Shown: one piece after another, positions 23,669-35,900 of the stretch | Layout of the letters: every line of letters starts with the position of its first letter | How positions within the stretch are numbered: the stretch's first letter is position 1 | Assembly (NCBI RefSeq): GCF_006345805.1 | Contig: NC_042998.1 | Span: 119,660,001-119,724,000 of the forward strand | Length of the DNA stretch: 64,000 nucleotides | From: Octopus sinensis | Taxonomy: Eukaryota | Direction of reading: 5' to 3' | The notes under the pieces: model-generated | Databases searched by the model: none | What the model was told of the DNA's origin: nothing | The model's input: only the letters and a program-made list of their open reading frames with translations | Position numbers and translations under genes: made by a program

Positions 23669-26600
23669 TAGAATAAATAACAATAATATGTGGCCAGCAA
23701 GCAAAAGCCAATAAATAGCAAATCCAAAATTTTATAATTGAGTGCAACACAAGATGCCAACATTGCTGTAAAAATCAGTGTCAAAAACCTAATAACCACC
23801 AATTCACTGTTATGTGTAAATGTGTGTGTTAGTATATTAACAATCTATAAATACATAGACTGTATATCAAGCATTGACATCATGTATCCAGTTGATTGTT
23901 AAAAACAAATACAAAATAAAACTATGGTCAGGGATTTTGAATCTTCAAGATCAGTTTCCATCTGAAACTGTCTCCTATTTACATTTTGTTTTTCTTCCTA
24001 ATATTGATGAGTAATTTGGGAGTGTGAAGTTCATAGGCATTCTCACTGAGTTTTTCAAATACTCAAAAACCGTTAACAATTTGCACAAACTTCTGATTGG
24101 TCACTTTCTTCAGTAAAAGAAACCATTTTAAACCCCACTCCTCTTCCACTTTAATTTCTCGTGCACTTTATTATTCAGTGTATTTTATTTTCGTAAATGC
24201 TGTAAATTGTTTTGCTGTTGTTTAGGCACAAGTCAACCTTGATCTAATAAATCAATTAACCAAATCAAAGGCAATCTAACAATGTCTGTTACCTTTTTAC
24301 CCCTAAAAGAGTTGTATACTCTGACTATATTATCCAACATGTCTTTTTTTAAAAGGTAGTGTGGTTTGAAGAAGATTTGGTTGTTATTTCTAGTAGAGTG
24401 AGTTTTAGCTTTTAGTCAAGATAACCCCATAGGGCTGTTATCTAAAATAGTTGATGTATTCATGTCCAAATTAAAATCTCCAGAAAAGTTTTATGATTTC
24501 ATGAATAATAAAACAATATTTCAATAAGTAGACTGAATCTCTGGAATCTCCTTGTGGATTTTTCTTAACTGTATAAACTGATTAATCAATGAAGGGACAC
24601 CATGAGGTCAAGAAGACCCTGTAGTCTTGTTGAAGACATGGCAACTGCTCTAGTGCTAGTACCATGATAAAATGCACCCAATACACCCTGTAAAGTGGTT
24701 GATGATAGGATGGGCAGCCCCAAACCAACCCTAAAATGAAATTTACAAGTGAAACATGGTCCTGTAAGCCATCTAGGAGGTTAGTAACTCCTAATAAGAA
24801 GTAACTTGAGCTATAATAATCAGTCCAAATTCTGCCAGCTTAAATGGATGTAAAATTATGATGATACATTCAATTGTATTTTCAGTTTCTTCAAAAATAT
24901 TCATTAATAAGTTATTGTCTGTTGACTAAACCCTTTGATCTTTTAATTAAAGCAAATATGTGGTCCATAATTTGCTAGAAATCTAATCTTTAGAGTTAAA
25001 ATACACAAGAATACCTGTATACCAGCATATCTGTAACTGCAAGACCTAAAGATTAGTTACTATAATTACAAATGAAAGCTTATACCTCTGAATGGCTACT
25101 ATAATTATTCTCAATTTCATTCAAAAACTTGTCTCAGAATATTTTGGCACTGTTCCTGTACTGCATTTTAATCATTAATGTTAGGCAGCTAAATTTGGTA
25201 AATTCCCCAGGAAAATGGATATGAAAACCTGATTTATTATTATGAATGAAATGTTGAAATAAGATAAGTATATGTTGGCGTGGCATATGTTAAATACATC
25301 ATATTCTTCAACTTAGTGTTTTTTTAATAGTGATAATTGGATAAGATAAACAGGTTACTAAATTTTATGTGAATATGAGAAAACTCAGTCAAGATTAGTT
25401 TCAAGATAACTTTTTTAAGAAGTTATGTTGACATTATCTCAACATTTGCTAATTTGTTGTTTATTATTTATTCTTAAATGATCTTTCATCATTTCAAATG
25501 GCTGAAGCTGCAAAATTTTTATATTTGGTAATGGATCAAACAACAAATGTATTTTATATTATATTAAATGGAAAAAAACAAATGATTATTTCTCTACTTT
25601 TTATTTTATTGTAATGAATTGGATAAATTATTATTGTTTAAAACTTTGTTTTTTTACTGCTGTTTGTTTATAACATTAAAAAATGTTTGTCATAAATGTT
25701 AAAACATTTTGGTCTTCATTATCTTGTCTTTGTGTGATATATTATGAGCTAGGTTAGCAATTGAACCTTGTAGCTCCTTAGCCTTTAGCATTTAAACCAA
25801 CCATACTCAACACAAATATTTTACCTGGCGTGCATTCAAACCAGCTGGATCCAGCTTCTCATATTAACACAACAATGTCATTGTTAAAATATACAATCAC
25901 ATCATCAAAATCTCAAAGCTGCAAGATAATGCATGATTAACTCAATATACTGTGAACAGAAAAGCATTACATTTCACAGAGTAATCTGAATGCTAAAGGG
26001 TTCAATACCTTAAAATGAACAATAGATCCAGCAGCTTCATAAGAGATTTCAGTTTCAATTCTGAGTCTAACTTATAAATAATTAATTTTACCTGAAGAAT
26101 ACTGTATAAAACATTGAACACTTGTTTATGGTGAACATACTGTAGTTTTTTTTTTTAATTAAATTAAACTTTTCTTAAAAATCATTACTTACCACCTCAA
26201 CTTTCCTACCATATTAGTATCTGAATGTTGACTATAAGAGGAATATTGTTTAGAACATATTCCTCCACTCCATCATTTTTGACTGATTACCCTTGATTTT
26301 CTTAATACTTGTAAATAAACCATAATCTACATCTACACTGTAAGTTGACAGTGGACCATTTGTTTTATTTATTGTTACATTGTGTGAGACAGATTTTAAA
26401 ATATATTCATATATTCCATTATAATTTTGAGAATTTTTTTAGTTGTGTTCCAAACAATGTCTTATTGATGAAAAAGTTTACTAAATTCTTTCAAATTCTT
26501 CATTATTTTCAAAATGAATTTAATCACAAAGATTGTACAATGAATGTATCATTAGAAATATCACAAAAGGATAACTATAGCTAATATCTAAAATTAAACT

Positions 26601-26974
26601 TGTACTGTAAAGAAAGGTTTGACAAATTTGTAAAGGAACTGGTTGTGTCTTTACACTGTTTGGGTGCAACACATTTTCCATTCTTTTGTTTCTAGAAACT
26701 ACCAGTCAGGAACAAGAACGCAACCTTAAAAATATGACTCTTTATTTTCTTATTTACAAAAGAAGCCTGTTGGTATATTAGTATCCACTTGGTTCAATAT
26801 AGCAAGGCTGAATTTTAACACTTGTAAGATAAACCTCACAACAAATTTAGCAGCAACAGAGCAGGTCAAATCCCAAGCGTCTGGGACAGGAGAATAGGCT
26901 AATCACACGTTTAACATGTCCTTTCTCTTCAATAGCTGTGTCTCAAGTCCACGACGCTAACAAGGAATGCGATA

Positions 26975-27075
26975 GAATTTTCTTCCCCAGTCTCTAGCGC
27001 ATGTGCATGAGGGAACTTCCTTAGGCCTTTCCAGAAGGTTCCAGCCCTGCACACGCACACTGGAAAATGACGTCA
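26975..27075. promoter_or_regulatory. Candidate stress-responsive cis-regulatory module
   Basis: Consensus kB, three-unit HSE, MRE and CRE sites within about 65 bp (see findings). No functional data. Confidence 0.45.
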
Positions 27076-27459
27076 CTACAAATTAATAGACTTGTTTTCA
27101 AATCTGCTTATTATAAGTAAAATTATTAGATTCATTACAAAATTTTAAAATCTGTTTTCAATCAAATGCATAAAAAAATATTCAGTAGAGTCAGTCTCTC
27201 TCTCACTCACTCTATCTATATATCTCTATCTAGTTCTCTTTTGAAGATAACCTAACAAGGAAATAGAAGCCTCTAACAGCTACTGGAAGTTGCAACCAAA
27301 TACAAGTTTATCAGGTCATCATGTGATGAAGATAGTTGATATAAGAGTTAAGAAGAAACTAAAGAGGGGGGTAATAGATCAGTATTCTTTATCCTATGAA
27401 AGTAGTTATTAGTATTTAATAGCTGAATGTTTAGTCTCATACTTATGGCAATGGGTGTA

Positions 27460-28200
27460 ATATATGTTGTTTAACCCTAAGTCAACCCTGATCTAGTTGA
27501 TTTACAACCAAAGTTGTTCCATCTGTAATCATCCTACTTTTTATTCAGACATTTTTTCTAGTACTCTAACTAGTAGGTTGTTCCTTTAAGATAGCAGGAT
27601 GAGGTTTGAAGGCAATTTAGCTACTATTTTGAACAGTGTGACTGACAATCTAGGGGTTCCCTTATTGGCATGAAAAGGCTATAGTTATTTGGCACGAGAT
27701 CTGGTAAAAGGTATTCCAGTCACTACCATAACTTTTTTTTTTTTTATTTTGTAAATTAAAACTGATTAGGTATTTTTGGAGGAAATTTGGCTGCTTCTTT
27801 TAGATAATCCTTCATTGTGCTATAGTTGTTATTGTTTAACCTCAGCCAGTTAGAGCACTTATGAGTAAAGGTGTTCCTGAAGTGACCACCCTGTCTATTT
27901 TCAAGGATAAATATATCTAATCCTAGCGATTATGCTCATGCTTTAGGACTATATGGTGTGGTTTGAAGTAAATTTAGCTGTTATTCCTAGTAGGTCAATC
28001 ACTCTTATAGAGACCTCATCATGACTTGCTTAATTTCATTTCAGCCTTGATACAGTTCACTATAATTAAATGACTTCCTTATATGACCATGATTTTTTTC
28101 AGACATGTATCTTCATTATTAAATACATTAGTGTGGGATGCAAGGGTTATTTGGCTGCTGTTTCTTACAGGTCGATCAACAGTGTAATGGCTTCCTGGTT
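27460..28200 (-). repeat. Cluster of an abundant SINE-like repeat (core CTGCTAGAAATAGCAGCCAAATCTC, AAC-rich tail). About 20 decayed copies across the window
   Basis: GATTTGGCTGCTATTTCTAGCAGGTC-like core recurs, e.g. 9150, 11240, 22350, 24370, 27610, 27960, 28150, 33290, 37290, 37460, 49650, and inverted at 3660, 32610, 40280, 42920. Confidence 0.65.
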
Positions 28201-28889
28201 AGCTTGAGTGTGTATATTTTGCTCTATGGCTATTATATCTGATAGTATAACACTGAAAGTGTTCTGATATATATGATTGTGAAACAACCTTATATAAACA
28301 GTGTGTGTTAAAGACATTAAAAAAAAAATAAAAACAATAATGACGCGTGTAAAACGTCTACTTTCAGCCAGACATTTGCCATAGGATAGAAGTGGTTGAG
28401 CTTCTCTGCTGTCAGCGCAAAGGTGTAGCAGGATATAGCTATCATATAAATATATTCTATGACAGTCTTGTATTCTAATCCCATCATACACAGCAACAAA
28501 AAATGTAGGCTATATCAATTCCTAGATTTTTTTTATGCATACATTTGTAAGAACATGTTTTTATGGTTATGTAATTTTACACTTAGTATCTCATTTTTAA
28601 TGATTGTTGAAGTTAGCTACTTAACCAATATCAAAAATTTCTCAGACATTTTAATATCATCTGCTTTACGAGAAATTTAGTAGTTTTTGTCCTGTGTCTA
28701 GAGACATGCATTGTTTGTAGAAGCTTTAGTATTTGATGCTTCTGTTACAATTTCTTTCATCATTTAACATCTATGTTCCATGCTGGCATAGGTTGGACAG
28801 TTTGACAGTACCCAACGGGTACAAGGACTGCATCATACTTTAGTGTTGCCTTTGGCATAGTTTCTTCATTCATATATATATATATTATA

Positions 28890-29148
28890 TTTATGTGCCG
28901 GTGGCACATAAAAAGCACCATCCGTTCGTGGCCGTTTGCCAGCTCTGTCTGGCACCAGTGCGGGTGGCACGTAAAAAGCACCCACTACACTCACGGAGTG
29001 GTTGGCGTTAGGAAGGGCATCCAGCCGTAGAAACACTGCCAGATTTGACTGGGCCTGATGAAGCCTTCTGGCTTCAGACCCCAGTAGAACCGTCCAACCC
29101 ATGCTAGCATGGAAAACGGACGCTAAATGATGATGATGATGATGATGA
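28890..29148 (+). mobile_element. RTE 3' tail copy. Similar tails at ~4450-4590, 22880-23010, 24650-24860, 36750-36960, 43170-43350, 48230-48420, 50520-50660, 53670-53775 (+) and 28758-28810, 52850-53000, 53340-53390 (-)
   Basis: Shared GGTTGGCGTTAGGAAGGGCATCCAG core and CCATGCYAGCATGG...TTAAATGATGATG end. Confidence 0.85.
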
Positions 29149-32100
29149 TATATATATATAGGCAAGTATACTTTTGAAATAAACAGTTCTATACTGATGT
29201 AATAGTATATTTTTATGTTATAAATAGTATATGTACAAATTCCCAAAGTAGTATTTTCTAGTCCATATTTAATAATCTAAAGTATTTGTAAGTTGACTTC
29301 TTTTTTTTTTTTTAAATACTTTGGGAAGCACCCCTACTTCCACCCTTCCTCATAGTTTTGCAATCTGATACTGAAAAACATTCTCTAAAGTATTTTTCTA
29401 ATGCTCTTCCTTCTACTTCCACATACAGCTTTCATGCACATACAACAATAACCTTCCCACCACTACCAGTTATAGATATACACATTACTAAAGGTATGAG
29501 GACAATAACTTCATACAATAAAGTGTTAAGTAGTATAAGTCGAGCTAAAATTATAATATTCATAGTTATCCCACTTCTGTATTGTTTTACAATTTACAAG
29601 AAGTATCTACAGGTTATCTGCTATGTAATTATTCCATGTAAGATCCTGCAAGTCTGTACTTGTGAAAATATCTCTGATTTTTTTTATTATTGATTTTCAG
29701 AAATGTATATTACAAGAAAGTATTTATCAAACTGTAACAATATGTCATAGTTTAGCATATAAACTTTTCTTGATTGAGAATTGAATAAAAACTATTTTCC
29801 TTCTTTGCAAATCTCACTCATAATGTGTGTGCAGGTATGTGTGTTTTATCAGTGTAAATAGCAATTTGATAAACAGATAGATAAAATAAGTACTGAGATG
29901 GCTTATAACGGACTAAAAACCCTTAAACACAGATCCCAAGCATGGCCATAGTCCTATGACTGCAACTAGTAAAAGAATATATGTCCATATATTTTAAGAA
30001 CATAACACCAAAGTTGATTAATAGAAATGGTGTCAGTCTTAAACAACAGTTAATGATAATAATTACAGTAATGATGATGTAGTAATTAATTTAACTGAAT
30101 ATTGAGAGTTAAAACTTTGAAGTATAAACTGTGTGGTCCTGAGGATGGGAATTGGCTGACATTAGAGCATTGGATAGAAGCCCTTTTGAGGTTCTAATCT
30201 AGGGTGATGTATTGGCAGAACTTTTAGAGCATTGGACAGGATGACATTAATCTGTTTCAGGTCTTTGCATCCAGGGTTCAAATTCCATCTGTTGTCACTA
30301 GCCTCCTTGTGATGGGGAAACAAGTCTTTTAGAACCCAGCTAACAATGATAGTCTTCCAAAGTCAAACAGTGATGTGCTGATTAGAGCAACCTCTCTGTC
30401 ACATTAATAAAAAGTGTACAGTGTGGCAACACATTGGGTGGATATATAAAAAGAAAAACACTATGGAACTACTTTCTATAAATATTCTGTGGAGGACATA
30501 GTTTTTATTAGTACATATCAAACGATAATTAGATCAGGTTAGCAGATGAGGAGGCTAAGGTGGGATGACTGTCTAGCAATGTTGGTAATTTTATATTTGA
30601 TAAGTAACCTCGAGTGTTTGTGACACTGAAAGCTATAAATAACTAAATAGGTAAGAAAGATTTTCAATGGGAAACAGTAACAGACTGTTAGAAAAGCCTC
30701 ACATATAATTCATTTCTCTAATAGGTACTTATATAATCTGTCATAGTTACTGTGAATTAATTATATTACAATTAAAAAAAAATGTCAGAAACTGGTAAAC
30801 AAATGTTTTACTATTAAAATGGAATTGTATATATTCAGTGTCTTACTGTAAAATATTTTAAGTCACTAAGAATGATTGGTTTCCTGATCTTGAGAAATAA
30901 ATAGGTAACAACTTTTTTTTCTATCTTCCCAACAGTTTCAAATCTTATGTAAAATGCCAATTTATTAAAAGAAATAGATGAAAGAGATTTCAATTATATT
31001 TTAATTTCTGTCAAGCCACTGGTGCATACAAATATTTCCTTTATTCTGATAAGTAAAATGACCAATGTTTTATTAATTTGCTTTCATGTTACCTATAAAG
31101 GTATAGTTTAATTCTTTTAGTATACTTTGTCAGCAAGAAATAGTCTTTTGAAATAGAAAAGTAGTTCAATAATTAATACTTGAAAAGAATCATCCTTAAT
31201 CACTCAATCTGTTAAATTAATTGATTCAGTGAAGTAGGTTGCAGCATGGACAGAAAATACATAGCAAAGACTGCATCTGAAAGGATAAGCTTCAAGGACA
31301 AAACTTACTTCATTTCTAATTAATTACTGACCGCCAGGTAGTGCTATGAAGTTAGACATGGCCTGGGCCAATACTGGCTGAAACCTATCAAAGTATCTTA
31401 AAGCGATCGTGACTTACACTACAATAGTGTTTACATATAAAGGATTATTCTGATGTTATGCACAAAATTATTATAGACCACTTTCGAAAGCAGTTCATCC
31501 AACTGATTGACAAAGACTCACAAATGAATAGACTATAACACTAGGTTCTCTACCACTCCTCATTCCCTTGAAATTCACACACCTTTTCTCTCCTTGTCCT
31601 GACTGTTGCTCACCAAATCCAGTACTAAAATTTTTATGTTCAATTCTTCTTCCTCAAAGCAACAGCTTCTAGAACTCCTGCTCTACTTACAGCTCTTCTA
31701 TAGGCAGTAGAAACTGATTTCCAACTACAAGGAAACCTCTATATCAATATCAAGAGTGAGGACCATGTTGTCCACAGGTGATGTTTCACCCAATGTCAAA
31801 TTTGAAACCAATTGCTGATCCTCCCTTAAAACCCATATGAATGAAAGTCTAAACACTACGACAAAACAGTTATGGTACATATCTGTATCTTTCGTTGTAC
31901 AGAACCCCCACCCAACCACTTGCCGCTCTAATTTCTGATATGCTTGCAATGTACTCCTGGTACAAAATGGTCGCCAAAGCTGATAAAAATAACTGCCAAA
32001 TGTCATTCAAATCACATCCTACCTTGTTAAACAAAAAAGACCACTTTGATACATATAGTTTTAGCAACATTATCACCAATAAAAAAAAAAAAAGGTTGGC

Positions 32101-32898
32101 TGGCTTGCTTTGATCAGGTCTGACCTGTGGTTGAACAACAATCTAGGAGAGTTTAAAAAGATCTTGGCTGCTGTCCTTCCTTCTCCCCTTTCCACTCAAT
32201 TAGATGTCTGTCGTGGTGAATATTGGTTGGTGTCAATCTACAGCGTAAAGTACAATTCCTTGACTGGTGACATAAATGTTTCAACCAAAGTATGTTGGGT
32301 ATGTTATGTGAAGAATTTTAATTAAAACAAGACAGTTTGATGACAGAGTTAGCCTTGGACAAATTAAAAATGCCTTTTATTCTTCAGTTAAAACTAGAGA
32401 TCAAGTTGATTGATTAACACTGCAGCAGTTGCTTTAGGAAAGTTCTGCTGAGAACTTAATGAAAAAAAAATCAGCAATTTTAAAGCTTTTGTCTTTCTGA
32501 CAATGGGACTCTTTTAGGTTTGTCATTCAAGAATTTGATCTTAAAGGACTAGCTGATGGAAATACTTTTCCATGTTGAGTCAAGAGCAAAGCTATTATAT
32601 GGTTGTTTGACCTAGAAATAGCAATCAAATCTTTTTCAGATCACATCCTACCATATTAAAAAGAAAAAGACAAACTGGATAATGTTGTCTGAGATAAACT
32701 ATATCCAAAAAGGCAGAATGGCCATGCATAGAATGTTCTACTGAGCAACCATTGTGATTGTTAAATGATGTGGGGTTATTTCTTGTTTCAAAAAAATGTA
32801 ACTATCAGACCAAATTCAGTTGTTACCTTTTTGATAAAGTTCTCTGTTCGACTTTCATTTTGTCATTTATTAACTAATCTTTTTTCTTTCTTTTAAAG

Positions 32899-32953
32899 GA
32901 TGGGAGAGTGTTGTTTTGGGATACAAGAAAATCTCGTCCAGCCTCTATCATTG
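32899..32953 (+). CDS. WDR77: WDR77 internal exon (DGRVLFWDTRKSRPASII)
   Basis: ttttaaAG acceptor and GTAAGT donor (32954). 55 nt, phase 0 to phase 1. Matches MEP50 DNRILLWDTRCPKPASQI (WD dipeptide). The preceding intron is 23,002 nt. Confidence 0.92.
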
Positions 32954-35900
32954 GTAAGTAAAACTTGTAAAGAATTTAATAAGATTCTTGTGACCTATTT
33001 TATTTTATTCCTTTTACATTATTTTGAAATGTTAGAAAACTAGAATTATCATAAAACTCCATGAATTATATTATTTTTCAATATTTTTTTCTGCACCTAA
33101 AAATCAATATTAAAATTAGGGCTGAGTACATTACATGATATTATAAAGTTTTTGAGACAATTTAGATACCAAAATCAAGATATGTATTAAACATAGTTAT
33201 TGTAACAGTTGTTCAAGCTCTCAATATCTTGGACAACATTCAGTGTGTCCATTTATTTATTTATTGATTTTTTTTTGTGTGATTTGAGGGAGTTTTGGCT
33301 ACTTCTTTTAGCAGATCTAATAACTGTGTAGTATCTCATTTTGTCTCTGTGTTATTTATACAAAGGTTGTTAGAATAGAACCTCTGTGGAAACCTGATAG
33401 CTATAGTCTCACCTTCATAGTATTTGTGTTCTGGTGACATAGAAATGATGAATTGAGAGAAGAGCCTAACAGTTGAATCATGTTAATGAGATTCCTGCTT
33501 ATTCATAAAGGGGCTCTGTAAAGACAACAGTGTATTCCTCAAAACGTTCCCAGTAAAATATGCTGCCCACTTTAGTAGCCAACATTTTTTTAAAATATCT
33601 TTTGCCTTTTGGGTCAATACCAGTTAGTCTGTAAGCAAGACATTTTTAAGTTAAGTGAAAAGAAGGCTTTGGAGCATGGGTAATTCAGTCAATGAGAAAT
33701 AATTTGAAATATATGCAGACCCAGCAAATTTGTGAAAAATAGGCACTAAGTTGTGATTTAGTGCCCCTGCCCTCTAATCAAACATTCTTCTTTTTTCTTT
33801 TTTTTTATACCAAAATTTTTCTCAGTCCTGAGCATCATCATCATAGTGTATCTAACGCTAAATACACTTAGCTAGAAGCTCTACTGTTTGCACAAAGCAC
33901 TAAATTGTTTTTCATGTCCATGATTGGTGAGTGGGAGATTGAGAAAGAAACTAAATATATAGTTTCTCGATTTGTGCCAGAAATTTTCCACAAAATTTTT
34001 TCCTTGTTATTCATCATACATACAATGAAGATTATGATTCTTTCTAACATTTATTTGTGGCTACAGATTTTATTTAGTGAGGAGATAGAATAAGTTCAGT
34101 TGCCTCAAGTTTTTGTTTTCTTCCTTGTTTTTATCACACCTAGTGCAGGATCCAACCGTTTTTGCATTGATCTGACCAACATGTGGTTTCAATCAATACT
34201 TTGCACTGACATTAGAGACCTATCACTGTTAGCTAAGTCTCAAGGACTCTGTTTCCCTCCACAAATAGAGTAATGATAGGAGGTAGAATTTTAATTCCTG
34301 ACACAGCCAGTGCAGACACCACAACTTGGCCAACAGGCTAACAATACCTCAAGCTACCATTCTGAATGGACACTTTATTTATTAATTCCGAAAGAATGAA
34401 AGGCAATGTCAACCTCAATAGTATTTGAACTTAGTGAAGAAAGCCAGAATTGATTCCAGAAGGCACTTTAACCACTATACCAATTCACTATCTTACTTTG
34501 CCAGTGAACTGGCAGTTCACATCAGTTTACTGATGGTTTATCAACTCTGGGAGGATGTAGGAGATAAAATGAATAAAAAAAATTGTTTTGTTCCCTATAA
34601 CATTGCACAATCTATGCAGAGGATATGAATTCAAATATTCCATCAACTAGAAGATTCAGTACATCATCCACTTATCCATATATCATCTCTGTTTAACTTA
34701 TGAATTGCTTGGCTACTGCCTGCACATTTTTATTCTCTGTTATTTAGTTTTTGAGAATTTGCTTTTCTTTCTTATTCTTTCAACTGTGTTATTGTATTTT
34801 AGTTTTCAGTTCCTTATCTAAATTCAATAAGCCCTTAATCACTGTCTAAAAACAGATTTCAGTAAACCTGACACTTTATTCGTAGTTTCTCAAGATAGTT
34901 CTAAAATCCATCAACACAGTTGCTTGTTTTATGTTATCTTAAGTACAAGTTGAGTTTTTTGTTTTTCTGATAAGTAACATTTGAAAACTATATACCTATC
35001 TGAATGTATGGTATAAACATTCTGAATATTTTTAGTTTGGTTATATTCTGCTTTAGTAATGAATAAAACACACACACACACTCACTCTCTTTCATATATA
35101 TATATAGTCATTCTAATACATATGCATTGTTCGAGACAGCTGACATCTCTCACTTGCAGTATCTGGTATTAAATGAAAATAAAAGAATTTGTTCTAACAA
35201 AGTGAGGTTACAATCAAGGTTGTGAAGAAGGATTGAAATACATGAGAAAGGTAGAATCTAAAGACCCAATCTTCAGTGAGCTGATGAGGCAAATGATAAT
35301 TTTTAATTTAGGCACAAGGCCGGTAAGTTCGAGGGGTTCACCAATAACCTTAGTAATTTTTATTGACATTGGCAGAATTTGAACTCAGAGTTCACACTCA
35401 TTTCTTTCATGCCAACTCACTACCCTCATAACAATGCTAATAATAATAGTAATAAAACAAAAATTATTTTTAATTTTATCTCAAGGTCAGCTATCCTAAT
35501 AGAAGGTAGAGTAAGTCGATTACACTAACCCCAATACTCAACTGGTTTCTACCGACCCACAAAAGGATGAAAAGCAAGACAGACCTTGTTGAAATTAGAA
35601 CTCAGAATGTAAAGAGCTGGAAGAAATGCTGCTAAGCATTTTGACTGCACTAACGATTCTGCCAGTTCTTCACCTTGAGTAATAATAATGATAGTAACTG
35701 TTTCAAATTTTTGGCACAGGGCTATCAGTTTTAGGAAGGGGTTTTATTTTATCAACTTGAAAAGGATGAAAGGCAAAGCTGACCTCAGTGGAATTTGAAC
35801 TCAGAGCATAAAGTGATGGAAGAAATGCTGTATGATAGTCAATGGCTCTTGCCCAAGTACTTTACAGTGAGAATGAACCTGAAAGCCACATGATCAGGAA

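Noticed and set aside
31250-32325. ORFs 31725-32325 as a nested gene or viral insert
   Set aside because: 31985-32125 is a SINE-like repeat copy; the rest has stops in all frames and only vague LINE C-terminal resemblance.
9897-32898. Recursive splice sites in the 23-kb intron
   Set aside because: No AG|GTAAG junction with a convincing polypyrimidine tract was seen.
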